Under the pieces are notes generated by a model, which did not search any database, was not told the origin of the DNA, and was given only the letters and a program-made list of their open reading frames with translations. From Gammaproteobacteria bacterium (GTDB taxonomy: Bacteria; Pseudomonadota; Gammaproteobacteria; 21-64-14), in contig JALUXX010000011.1 in the NCBI GenBank assembly GCA_027013145.1, forward strand, positions 192,556 through 256,555: a stretch of 64,000 nucleotides of DNA. Direction: 5' to 3'. The position numbers and the translations under genes were made by a program. Below, piece after piece: positions 41,729-50,817 of this stretch. The stretch's first letter is position 1. The number at the start of each line of letters is the position of its first letter.

Positions 41729-42280
41729 TCAGGGGCGCTGCAGGGGGCCTTCCACCCGGGCGCGCGCCTCGGGCCCGGCGAGGTGTTCGATCAGCGCGAG
41801 CGCGAAGTCCATCGCGGTCCCGGGCCCGCGCGAGGTGATGAGCCGCCCGTCCACGACCACGGGGTCTTCGCGATAGTCGAGGCCGGGTATCGTCAGCCCG
41901 TCCAGGGCTCCGGGGAAGCTGGTCGCGCGGCGCCCGTCGAGCAGGCCGGCGGCGGCGAGCACGCGCGGGGCCGCGCAGATCGCGCCGATCGCGCGCCCGG
42001 CGCGCGCGGCACGCACGAGCAGCTCGCCGACGCGCGGGTCGGCCGCGAGGCGCTCGGCCCCGGGCCCGCCGCCCGGCAGCACGATCAGGTCGAAATCCTC
42101 CCCGGCCACCGCGTCGAGCGTGGTGTCCGGGACCAGGACCGTGCCGCGCGAGGCGGTCACGGGCCCGGGCGCGAGGCCGGCGCTCACGACCTCGATCCCG
42201 GCGCGGCGCAGGAGGTCGATCACCGTCACCGCTTCGATCTCTTCGCAGCCCTCCGCCAGGGGGACCAGGACGCGCGCCAT
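41729..42280 (-). CDS. DJ-1/PfpI (YajL-like) protein
   Basis: GCEEIEAV, LPGGGPG, AICAAP, TSRGPGTA. Confidence 0.93.
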   Translation of the reverse strand: MARVLVPLAEGCEEIEAVTVIDLLRRAGIEVVSAGLAPGPVTASRGTVLVPDTTLDAVAGEDFDLIVLPGGGPGAERLAADPRVGELLVRAARAGRAIGAICAAPRVLAAAGLLDGRRATSFPGALDGLTIPGLDYREDPVVVDGRLITSRGPGTAMDFALALIEHLAGPEARARVEGPLQRP

Positions 42281-42342
42281 CTCGCCGCCTCCGACCGCCG
42301 TTCGCTCCCGGCCGTTACGCCACGCCGGCGCCGCCGCGGGTA

Positions 42343-43704
42343 TCAGCGCGCGGCCTCGCGGGTGACCGGGCGCCGGCCCAGGGTGAGCCCGCGCAGCACG
42401 TTCACCGCCTCGTAGAGCTGGAAGTCCTTCTGCGCGAGCGTGTCGAGTTCGCGCGCGTCGGCGCGCTCACGCTTCACCTGCGCGCGTTCCTTGGCGCCGT
42501 TGCGATCGCCGTTGCGGAAATGGTGCGGCAGATCGACCTCCTTGATCATCCCCAGGCCGGGGGACTGCGCCGCGGCGACCTTGAGCTGCGGGACGACGAT
42601 GTCGGGTTCGATCCCCTCGGCCTGGATCGAGCGCCCCGAGGGCGTGTAATACAGGGCCGTGGTGAGTTTGAGCGCGGCGCCGCCCGGCAGGGGCAGGATG
42701 GTCTGGACCGAGCCCTTGCCGAAGGTGCGCGTGCCCATGAGGATCGCGCGGTGATCGTCCTGCAGGGCGCCGGAGACGATCTCCGAGGCCGACGCCGAGC
42801 CGCCGTTGACCAGCACCACCATCGGTGCGCCGTGAAGCACATCGCCCGGGGTGGCGTCGAAGCTCATGCGCGAATCCGGGATGCGCCCCTTGGTGTAGAC
42901 GATCCGCCCCTTGTTGAGGAAGGCGTCGGCGACGCCGACCGCGGCGTTGAGCACGCCGCCCGGATTGTTGCGCAGATCGAGGACCAGCCCCGCGAGCGGG
43001 CCGCCGTTTTCCTTCTCGAGTGCGCGTACCGCGCGCAGCAAGCCGCGCGCGGTATGCGCCTGGAACTGAGTGATGCGCACGTAGCCGATGCCGTCCTCGA
43101 GCATCCGCGACTTGACGCTGCGCACGTGGATGACCGCGCGCTTCAGGGTGACGCGGATCGGCTTCTGCGCCCCGGCACGAACGATCGTGAGCGTGATCTT
43201 TGAGCCGGGCTTGCCGCGCATCCGGTTCACCGCCTGCGTCAGGGTCAGTCCCTTCACGGGGGTGTCGTCGAGGCGGATGATCAGGTCGCCGGGCTCGATG
43301 CCCGCGCGTTGCGCGGGCGTGTCGTCGATGGGCGCGATGACCTTGACGAAGCCGTCCTCCATGCCGACCTCGATGCCGAGACCGCCGAACTCGCCGCTGG
43401 TGCCGATCTGCAGTTCCCTGAACTGCTGACGGTCGAGGTAGGCCGAGTGGGGATCCAGACCCTGGACCATGCCGCGGATCGCGTCATCGAGCAGGGTGCG
43501 GTCCTTGACCGGTTCGACGTAGTCGGTCTTGATCTTCTGGAACACGCTCGCGAAGGTGCGCAGTTGCCGCAGCGGCAGCCCGCCGGAGTCCGCGGCGGAC
43601 GCCGCGGCGCCGCGTTCGGCGAAGACGTTGCGGTCCATGACCAGCCCCGCACCCAGGGCGACGCCCAGCAGCAGGATCAAAGTGGTTCGAATCGGTGGCT
43701 TCAT
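42343..43704 (-). CDS. ctpA: Carboxy-terminal processing protease (S41)
   Basis: LDPHSAY, PDZ domain, DLRNNPGG, SASASEIV, TFGKGSVQ. Confidence 0.94.
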   Translation of the reverse strand: MKPPIRTTLILLLGVALGAGLVMDRNVFAERGAAASAADSGGLPLRQLRTFASVFQKIKTDYVEPVKDRTLLDDAIRGMVQGLDPHSAYLDRQQFRELQIGTSGEFGGLGIEVGMEDGFVKVIAPIDDTPAQRAGIEPGDLIIRLDDTPVKGLTLTQAVNRMRGKPGSKITLTIVRAGAQKPIRVTLKRAVIHVRSVKSRMLEDGIGYVRITQFQAHTARGLLRAVRALEKENGGPLAGLVLDLRNNPGGVLNAAVGVADAFLNKGRIVYTKGRIPDSRMSFDATPGDVLHGAPMVVLVNGGSASASEIVSGALQDDHRAILMGTRTFGKGSVQTILPLPGGAALKLTTALYYTPSGRSIQAEGIEPDIVVPQLKVAAAQSPGLGMIKEVDLPHHFRNGDRNGAKERAQVKRERADARELDTLAQKDFQLYEAVNVLRGLTLGRRPVTREAAR

Positions 43705-43875
43705 AGGTCGTTCGCTCCCGGGGCGGCGGCAGGGTTCCGGGCCGCCGTCCCGCTGCCGTTGGGTGCGGTTCGGTACGCCCGCGGCTGGCTCCGGGGCGCG
43801 CCGCTTTAAGGTACTCCAAACCCATTGATGTTGGCTACAGAAAACGCCCGGGCGCCCCCGGATACCCGGGGCCGC

Positions 43876-45105
43876 TCAGCGTCTCGCACGCCCGCCACCG
43901 CGATGCCACCCGCACCAGCGCGCCGGGTTGACCGGATGCCCGTTGCGCCGGATCTCGAAATACAGGGCCGCGCGCGCCTCCCCGCCGCTGTCGCCGACGC
44001 TCGCCACCACCTCGCCCGGCTTCACCCACGCACCCGTCGCGACATAGAGCGCCTGATTGTGTCCGTAGAGGCTCATGTAGCCGTCGCCGTGGTCGACGAT
44101 CAGCAGCAGGCCGTAGCCGCGCAGCCAGTCGGCGAACACCACCCGGCCGTAGGCGATCGCGCGCACCGGCTGACCGGCCGGTGCGGCGATCTCCACGCCG
44201 CGCCAGCGCAGCGAGGAGTCCAGTCGCGGCGCCCCGAAGCGCGCGACGATGCGCCCCTGCGTCGGCCAGTCCAGACGGCCCTCGAGCCGCGCGAAGGGCC
44301 GGCGCGGTCCGGGGCCGCGGGGGATACCGGCAGCCGCCTCCTGCAGCTGCCGCAGCAGCGCCTTCAGACGCGCCTCGTCCCGGCGCAGCCGCTCGAGTTC
44401 CGCACCCTTGCCGTGGATCTGCGAATCCAGCCGCGCGAGGACCGCGCGCCGCTCGGCGCGCCGCCGTTCGAAATCCCGCGCCCGTGCCACGCGCTCGGTA
44501 CGCAGGGCCGTGAGCCCGGCGGTCTGGCGGTCGATCTCACGGCGCACCGCGGCCAGCGCCTGCATGCGCCGCTCCACCCCGCGGATCGCCGCGGTGCGGG
44601 CGCGGTTGAAATAGTCGAAATAGACCAGCGTGCGCGCCAGCGCCGCCGGATCCTCCTGGCTGAGGAGCAGCTTCAGGCGCGGCTGGCCCCCGAGGACGTA
44701 GGCGGCGCGCACCTGGCGGGCGAGTGCATGGCGTTCGGCGTCCAGTTGCGCCGCGAGCCGGCGGCGACGGGCCTCGAGTCGGGCCAGACGCGCGCGCTGC
44801 GCGGCCAGCCGCACATCAACGTCGCGGACGCGCGCGGCGGTTCGCGCGAGCCCGCGCTCGACGTCCCGCAGTTGCGCCTCGATGCGCGCGTGACGCCCGT
44901 GCAGCACCGTCAACTCGCGCGTGAGCGCCTCGATGCGCGCGCGCAGGCGTTCGAGCCGGACGGCCGGGGCGCTGGGCGCGTCGCCGGCGGGCGACGCGGC
45001 GGGGTAGCCCCCGAGGAGCAGGGAGATCGCGCAGGCCGCAGACGGGGCGAGGAGGCGCCGCGAGATGTACTTTAACACTCCGCGATGTTTTAATAGTCTG
45101 GTCAT
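43876..45105 (-). CDS. envC: Murein hydrolase activator EnvC (coiled coil + M23-like); start uncertain
   Basis: Long coiled coil, FADWLRGYG, YMSLYGHN, LYFEIR; upstream of ctpA. Confidence 0.88.
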   Translation of the reverse strand: MTRLLKHRGVLKYISRRLLAPSAACAISLLLGGYPAASPAGDAPSAPAVRLERLRARIEALTRELTVLHGRHARIEAQLRDVERGLARTAARVRDVDVRLAAQRARLARLEARRRRLAAQLDAERHALARQVRAAYVLGGQPRLKLLLSQEDPAALARTLVYFDYFNRARTAAIRGVERRMQALAAVRREIDRQTAGLTALRTERVARARDFERRRAERRAVLARLDSQIHGKGAELERLRRDEARLKALLRQLQEAAAGIPRGPGPRRPFARLEGRLDWPTQGRIVARFGAPRLDSSLRWRGVEIAAPAGQPVRAIAYGRVVFADWLRGYGLLLIVDHGDGYMSLYGHNQALYVATGAWVKPGEVVASVGDSGGEARAALYFEIRRNGHPVNPARWCGWHRGGGRARR

Positions 45106-45156
45106 CACGCGCCGTTCGGGGCGGCCCGCCGGTGTGCCCCGGGAGGACGAGAACCG

Positions 45157-45510
45157 ATGTGCGCCACCAGCACCGCGCCCCCCGCCGCCGCGACCGCGCC
45201 CGGCGACGACCTGCTGATCACCCGCGACGACGACATCGAGCGCGCCTCGCGCTCCCTCAAGGCGATGTCCCACCCATTGCGCCTGAAGATCCTGTGCACG
45301 CTGGGTGCGCGCGAGATCAGTGTACAGGACATCGTCGACAACGTGGGGACCTCGCAGAGCAACATCTCCCAGCACCTCGCCATTCTGCGCGACAAAGGTA
45401 TCCTCGCCTCGCGCAAGGAATCCAACCGCGTCTACTATCGCGTCGGCGACGCACGGACGCTGCGGCTCATCGGTATGATGCGCGAGGTCTTCTGTTCGCG
45501 CGAGTCCTGA
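45157..45510 (+). CDS. ArsR/SmtB-family regulator (BigR/SqrR/YgaV-like)
   Basis: LKAMSHPLRLKILC, SQSNISQHL, C-terminal EVFC. Confidence 0.9.
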   Translation: MCATSTAPPAAATAPGDDLLITRDDDIERASRSLKAMSHPLRLKILCTLGAREISVQDIVDNVGTSQSNISQHLAILRDKGILASRKESNRVYYRVGDARTLRLIGMMREVFCSRES

Positions 45511-45539
45511 CGGCGGGTTCCGCCGCAGCCGGTTCCGGG

Positions 45540-45545
45540 TATAAT
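45540..45545 (+). promoter_or_regulatory. Possible -10 element upstream of the rhodanese gene
   Basis: Perfect TATAAT in a GC-rich gap; no good -35 element. Confidence 0.35.
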
Positions 45546-45599
45546 GCGCCCCGCACCGTGGCCGCCGGCCACAGCCCGCGGCCGGTACGGTTGAATCCC

Positions 45600-46043
45600 A
45601 TGTCACGAATCCCCGAATTTGCGGCGCGCCACTGGCCCCTGTTCCTCGCCCTCGCCGCGATCCTCGCGCTGCTCGTGGGCAATGAATTGCAGCGGCGCCT
45701 GCGCGGGCTGCGCAAGGTCGGTCCGGCCGAGGCGGTGCGGCTCATGAACCAGCGTGGCGCGCTGGTGCTCGACGTGCGCACCGAGGGCGAGTTCAACGAG
45801 GGGCACATCCCCGCGGCCCGGCACCTTCCGCCGGCCGCGCTCGAGGCGCAGGTGCGCGCGCTCGAGAAGCACAAGGGCCGCCCGGTGGTGGTCTACTGCC
45901 GCAGCGGCGCGCGCTCCGCGCGCGTCGGCGGGATCCTGCGCCGGCATGGCTTCGAGGAGGTCTTCGATCTCGACGGCGGCCTGGGCGCCTGGGAGAACGC
46001 CAATCTTCCCGTCCACCGGGCGTCCTCCAGGAAGAAGAAGTAG
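45600..46043 (+). CDS. Membrane-anchored rhodanese-domain protein (YibN-like)
   Basis: N-terminal TM, LDVR..EFNEGHIP, YCRSGARS, LDGGLGAW. Confidence 0.92.
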   Translation: MSRIPEFAARHWPLFLALAAILALLVGNELQRRLRGLRKVGPAEAVRLMNQRGALVLDVRTEGEFNEGHIPAARHLPPAALEAQVRALEKHKGRPVVVYCRSGARSARVGGILRRHGFEEVFDLDGGLGAWENANLPVHRASSRKKK

Positions 46044-46174
46044 CCCGCGCGGCCGCGCACCCTTGTGCGGCCCGAGATCCGCCCCCAGATCCGTGCAGGG
46101 AGCGCGCCGCGGCGGCGGTCCGCGACGAACGACCGCCGCGGCGCCGCATGCACCGATCGCACGGAGAGAAGCGC

Positions 46175-46609
46175 ATGAGCCGGGATCTGCACCTCGTCTG
46201 CCCGCATTGTGACGCCGTCAACCGCATCGACCGCGAACGGCCGGCGTTGGAGGCCCGTTGTGGTAAGTGCCATCGGCCGCTGTTCGAGGGTCGCCCGGCG
46301 CCCCTCACCGGCGCCGGGCTCGAGCGCCACCTGCGGCGCGGCGACCTGCCGTTGCTGGTGGATTTCTGGGCGCAGTGGTGCGGACCGTGTAAGATGATGG
46401 CCCCGGTCTTCGAGGAGGCGGCCCGGCGGCTGGAGCCGCGGGTGCGCCTCGCGAAAATCGACACCGACCGGAACCAGGACGTCGCGCAACGCTACGGGAT
46501 CCGCGGCATCCCGACCCTGATCCTGTTCCGGGACGGGCGCGAGGCCGCGCGTACCAGCGGCGCGATGGACCTGACACGGCTGCTCCAGTGGGTGGAGCGG
46601 CATCTCTGA
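46175..46609 (+). CDS. trxC: Thioredoxin 2 (zinc-finger thioredoxin)
   Basis: CPHC..NR and CGKC zinc finger, DFWAQWCGPCK. Confidence 0.93.
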   Translation: MSRDLHLVCPHCDAVNRIDRERPALEARCGKCHRPLFEGRPAPLTGAGLERHLRRGDLPLLVDFWAQWCGPCKMMAPVFEEAARRLEPRVRLAKIDTDRNQDVAQRYGIRGIPTLILFRDGREAARTSGAMDLTRLLQWVERHL

Positions 46610-46637
46610 TCATCGCAAGCCTCCCGGACGATCCGAC

Positions 46638-47126
46638 ATGAACGACGAAATCGAAGCCGCGGGCGACGGCGCCGACGAGCCGCAGCTCGCTCTCCACCGC
46701 ATCTACCTGAAGGACGCGTCCTTCGAAACGCCCGCGGGCCCGCAGGCGTTCGACGGCGAGACCGCGCCCGAGATCAACATGCAGCTCGGCACCAACGTGC
46801 AACCGCTCGCCGCAGACGCCTATGAGGTGGTGCTGAGCATCACCGTCACCGCCACCGCCGGGGACAAGACCGTGTTCCTGGTGGAGGTGCAGCAGGCGGG
46901 CCTGTTCGGGATCCGCGGCTTCGGCGAGACGGATCTCGGACCGCTGCTCGGCAGCTACTGCCCGAACATGCTCTATGCCTTCGCCCGCGAGGCGGTCGCC
47001 GATCTGGTCGCCAAAGGGGGCTTCCCGCAACTGCTGCTGGCGCCCGTGAATTTCGACGCCCTCTACGCGCAGCACCTCCAGCAACAGGCGCAGGGCGAGA
47101 GCGCGCCGCCGCCGACCGCGCACTGA
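46638..47126 (+). CDS. secB: Protein-export chaperone SecB
   Basis: RIYLKDASFE, EVQQAGLF, CPNMLY, LAPVNFDALY. Confidence 0.96.
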   Translation: MNDEIEAAGDGADEPQLALHRIYLKDASFETPAGPQAFDGETAPEINMQLGTNVQPLAADAYEVVLSITVTATAGDKTVFLVEVQQAGLFGIRGFGETDLGPLLGSYCPNMLYAFAREAVADLVAKGGFPQLLLAPVNFDALYAQHLQQQAQGESAPPPTAH

Positions 47127-47159
47127 AGCCGGCTCCCGGCGCGCCCGCGGGCCCCGACC

Positions 47160-48182
47160 ATGCCCGAACCCCGCCGCAACGCCGAGACCGCCGCGATCCT
47201 GGGGGCGGGCGCGTGGGGCAGCGCGCTCGCGGTCTCGCTCGCGCGCGGCGGCGCCCCGGTGCGCCTGTGGGGGCGCGACGCCGCGCGCATGGAGGCCCTG
47301 CGCCGCACGCGACGCGACGAACGCGCCCTGCCCGGCGTGGAACTCCCGCCGCAGGTGGCCGTCACCTCCGACCTCGCCGCCGCCGTGGGCGACGCCGGCC
47401 TGATCGTCGTGGCCGTCCCCAGCCGCGCCTTCCGCGCCGTGCTCGAGGCGCTCGCCGCGGTCGTAGCGCCCGCGGTGCCCGTCGCCTGGGCCACCAAGGG
47501 ACTCGAACCGGACACCGGCCGGCTGCTGCACGAGGTCGCCGCGGAGGCGCTCGGGCCGCCGGGCCGCCCCCTGGGGGTCGTATCCGGGCCGACGTTCGCG
47601 TCCGAGATCGCCGCCGGGCTGCCGGCGGCGATCACCGTCGCGGCAACCGACCCCGACATCGCCGCCCGCATCGCCGGGCGGCTGCATTACGGGCCGCTGC
47701 GCGCCTACACCGCGACCGACGTCGTCGGCGTGGAACTGGGCGGGGCGGTGAAGAACGTGCTCGCCATCGCCGCCGGGATCGCCGACGGCCTCGGTTTCGG
47801 GGCCAACACGCGCACGGCGCTGATCACGCGCGGGCTCGCGGAGATGATCCGGCTGGGAACGGCGCTCGGCGGTCGCCGCGAGACCTTCATCGGACTGGCC
47901 GGTCTGGGCGACCTCGTGCTCACCTGCACCGACGACCAATCGCGCAATCGCCGCGCCGGGCTGGCCCTCGGGCGCGGCACACCGCTCGACGCCGCGCTGC
48001 GCGCCATCGGCCAGGCCGTCGAAGGGGTGCCGACCGCCCGCGAGGTGGTGCGCCGCGCACGCGCGGCGGGCATCGAGATGCCGATCACCGAGCAGGTATA
48101 CGCCGTCCTGTACGAGGGGTGCGCGCCGCGCACGGCGGTCCAGGCCCTGCTGGCGCGCGAACCGCGCCCCGAGGACGGCTGA
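47160..48182 (+). CDS. gpsA: NAD(P)H-dependent glycerol-3-phosphate dehydrogenase
   Basis: GAGAWGSALA, SGPTFA, GAVKNV, GLGDLVLTC..SRN. Confidence 0.96.
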   Translation: MPEPRRNAETAAILGAGAWGSALAVSLARGGAPVRLWGRDAARMEALRRTRRDERALPGVELPPQVAVTSDLAAAVGDAGLIVVAVPSRAFRAVLEALAAVVAPAVPVAWATKGLEPDTGRLLHEVAAEALGPPGRPLGVVSGPTFASEIAAGLPAAITVAATDPDIAARIAGRLHYGPLRAYTATDVVGVELGGAVKNVLAIAAGIADGLGFGANTRTALITRGLAEMIRLGTALGGRRETFIGLAGLGDLVLTCTDDQSRNRRAGLALGRGTPLDAALRAIGQAVEGVPTAREVVRRARAAGIEMPITEQVYAVLYEGCAPRTAVQALLAREPRPEDG

Positions 48183-48204
48183 CGACGGTGACGGACCGCG
48201 CGGG

Positions 48205-48681
48205 TCAGGCCGGCGGCGGCGCGGCGCCGGCAAAGGCCACCTGGCGCCAGGCCTCGTAGACCACGACCGCCACGGCGTTCGAGAGGTTGAGGCTGCGGCT
48301 GCCCGGCACCATCGGCACCCGTAACACCCGCTCGGGCGGCAGGCGCGCCAGCACCTGCGCCGGCAGCCCGTCGGACTCCGGACCGAAGAGGAAGGCGTCG
48401 CCGGCGGCGAAGGCCGCGTCGGTATAGGCGCGGCGCCCGCGCGTGGACACCGCGAAGACCCGCGGCGGCGCGACCGCCGCGAGGAACGCGTCGAGATCCG
48501 CGTGCTCGCGCACGCGCGCGTACTCGCGGTAGTCGAGACCGGCGCGGCGCAGGCGCCGGTCCGAGAGTTCGAAGCCGAGGGGGCGGATCAGGTGCAGCCG
48601 GGCGCCGGTGTTGGCGCACAGGCGCATCACGTTGCCGGTGTTCGGCGGGATGCACGGCCGGTACAGGGCGACGTCGAACAT
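48205..48681 (-). CDS. trmL: tRNA (cytidine(34)-2'-O)-methyltransferase
   Basis: IPPNTGNVMRLCAN, RRAGLDY, FGPES, RSLNLSN. Confidence 0.95.
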   Translation of the reverse strand: MFDVALYRPCIPPNTGNVMRLCANTGARLHLIRPLGFELSDRRLRRAGLDYREYARVREHADLDAFLAAVAPPRVFAVSTRGRRAYTDAAFAAGDAFLFGPESDGLPAQVLARLPPERVLRVPMVPGSRSLNLSNAVAVVVYEAWRQVAFAGAAPPPA

Positions 48682-48782
48682 ACGCGCTCCGGCGGCGCCC
48701 CCGTCGATCGTCCCCGGCGATCGCCTGGACGCCGCGCCCGGGGGCGGGGACAATACCGCACACGCCGCCACAGGACACGCCG

Positions 48783-49763
48783 ATGGCGTCCACACCGAAC
48801 GACTCCACACCGTCGGATCCGCTCCGGCTGCGCTTCTGCGGCCTGGATTTCGCCACCCCGCTGGTGCTGCTCTCGGGGTGCGTGGGCTTCGGCGACGAGT
48901 ATACCCGCGTCGAAGGTTTCTCCCATGCGGAGGTCGGGGCGGTGTGCCTCAAGGGCACCACCGGGGAGGCGCGCCTCGGCAATGCGCCCCATCGCGTGTG
49001 CGAGACGCCGATGGGGATGCTCAACGCGATCGGGCTGCAGAATCCGGGCGTAGATCACGTCGTGCGCGAGATCCTGCCGCGGCTGGACCGCGGCGCCACG
49101 CGCTACATCGCCAACGTCTCCGGGTCGACGGTGGAGGAGTACGTGCGCGTGACCGCGCGCTTCGACGACTCGCCGATCGACGCGATCGAGATCAACATCT
49201 CCTGTCCCAACGTCAAGGAGGGCGGGGTGGCCTTCGGCAACGATCCCGACATGTCGGCGCGCGTCGTCGAGGCCTGCCGCGCGGTCACCTCCAAACCATT
49301 GATCACAAAACTTTCTCCGAACCAGACCGACATCGCCGCCAACGCCCGCCGCTGCCTCGAGGCGGGTACCGACGCCTTCAGCGTGATCAACACCCTCACC
49401 GGCATGGCCATCGATGTCGAACGCCGCGTGCCGGTGCTCGGCAACACCCAGGGCGGCCTCTCCGGTCCGGCCATCAAGCCCATCGCCCTGCTGAAGGTCC
49501 ATCAGGTATACCAAGTCTGTCAAAAACATGACGTTCCGATCATCGGCCAGGGCGGCGTCGCCACGGCCGAGGATGCCCTCGAGTTCCTGATCGCCGGGGC
49601 GACGGCCGTCGGCGTGGGCACCGCCCTGTTCTACGACCCCCTCGTATGCCGGCGCATCAACGCCGGGATCCGGGACTATCTGGACCGCCACGGGATTCCG
49701 CACGTCCTCGCGCTGCGCGGGTCGCTCGCCGCCGCGCACGAATCGCCCCCCTGCGGCGGCTGA
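48783..49763 (+). CDS. pyrD: Dihydroorotate dehydrogenase, class 1 (1B-type catalytic subunit)
   Basis: MLNAIGLQNPG, EINISCPNVKEGG, KLSPN, GGLSGPAIKPIAL. Confidence 0.9.
   Translation: MASTPNDSTPSDPLRLRFCGLDFATPLVLLSGCVGFGDEYTRVEGFSHAEVGAVCLKGTTGEARLGNAPHRVCETPMGMLNAIGLQNPGVDHVVREILPRLDRGATRYIANVSGSTVEEYVRVTARFDDSPIDAIEINISCPNVKEGGVAFGNDPDMSARVVEACRAVTSKPLITKLSPNQTDIAANARRCLEAGTDAFSVINTLTGMAIDVERRVPVLGNTQGGLSGPAIKPIALLKVHQVYQVCQKHDVPIIGQGGVATAEDALEFLIAGATAVGVGTALFYDPLVCRRINAGIRDYLDRHGIPHVLALRGSLAAAHESPPCGG
49519..49532. promoter_or_regulatory. FleQ-box-like palindrome inside pyrD
   Basis: GTCA-AAAACA-TGAC in an unusually AT-rich codon run (TGT CAA AAA CAT GAC), about 260 bp upstream of the sigma54 site. 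Confidence 0.4.
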
Positions 49764-49788
49764 CATCCCTCCCTGTTACACCGGGTCC

Positions 49789-49804
49789 GGGCACGGAACT
49801 TGCT
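49789..49804 (+). promoter_or_regulatory. Sigma54 -24/-12 promoter of the msh operon
   Basis: GGGCACGGAACTTGCT, near-consensus TGGCAC-N5-TTGCW. Confidence 0.75.
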
Positions 49805-49890
49805 TGTTCCGGCTGACGGATTTCACTGCAGGGACCCCGGCCGGCGGCCGGCAGGATGCCGCCGCGGGACCGGTTCGGGAGGGACGACCG

Positions 49891-50817
49891 CTGTTTTCAC
49901 TCCTTAAAAAACAACCACTTGTCTCTGGCCAGGTGGGCGTGGACCTGGGGCCCGACGGCGTCGCCGTGGCGTGCGTGGAGCGCCCGCGAACGGGTCGCCC
50001 GCGCCTGAGATTCGCCGACTGGCGGCCGGCGGAGGACGAAGAACAGGCGCTGGCAGCCCTCGCGGCGGTGGAAAAGACCCGATCCCTGCGCGGGGCCGCC
50101 GCCGTCGGCGTCATGGATCCGACGTCCTACAGCCTCCTGCTCGTCGAGGCCCCGGACGTGGAGCCCGCCGAGCTGCGCGCGGCGTTGCGCTGGCGCATCA
50201 AGGACTTGATCGACTTTCACATCGACGACGCCGTCATCGACGTCTTCGACCTGCCCGGGGACGCGCCGCGCCGGCACACACGCATGATGTACGTGGTCGC
50301 GGCGCGGGCCGCGGCCGTGCGCGCGCGCGTGGACGCCCTCGACGCCACGCACCTCGAACTGGGGGCGATCGACATCCCGGAGCTGGCGTTGCGCAACGTC
50401 ACCGCCCTGCTCCCCGAGGACGTCGGCGGGGTCGCCCTGCTGCATGTGTGCGGCGGGCACGGGCTGGTGGTGATCACCCACCAGTCGAGCCTGTATCTGG
50501 CGCGCACCATCGACATCGACGTCGCGCCCGGCGACGCCGGAGAGCGCGCGGCGGAGACCCTGACGCTCGAGATCCAACGCTCCCTCGATTACTACGAGAG
50601 CCACTTCGGGCAGCCGCCGGTGCAGGCCGTCGTGGTCTCCCGGGACACGCCGGGCGCGGCGATCGAGGAGCACCTGCGCGGGACGCTGGCCGTCGCGGTG
50701 CGCACTTTCGATCCCGCAACGGCCCTCGACTGCGACCAGGCCCCGGCGCCGGAGCTGGCGGCCCGCTGCCTGACGGCCATCGGGGCCGCGTTGCGCCAGG
50801 AGCGCACCGCGCTATGA
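49891..50817 (+). CDS. mshI: MSHA biogenesis protein MshI (PilM-like); start uncertain
   Basis: YSLLLVEAPDV..ELRAALRWRIKDL, IDIPELALRN, LEIQRSLDYYES. Confidence 0.88.
   Translation: MFSLLKKQPLVSGQVGVDLGPDGVAVACVERPRTGRPRLRFADWRPAEDEEQALAALAAVEKTRSLRGAAAVGVMDPTSYSLLLVEAPDVEPAELRAALRWRIKDLIDFHIDDAVIDVFDLPGDAPRRHTRMMYVVAARAAAVRARVDALDATHLELGAIDIPELALRNVTALLPEDVGGVALLHVCGGHGLVVITHQSSLYLARTIDIDVAPGDAGERAAETLTLEIQRSLDYYESHFGQPPVQAVVVSRDTPGAAIEEHLRGTLAVAVRTFDPATALDCDQAPAPELAARCLTAIGAALRQERTAL

Noticed and set aside
43835..43876. Terminator between envC and ctpA
   Set aside because: The stem is imperfect and poorly positioned relative to the short T-run.
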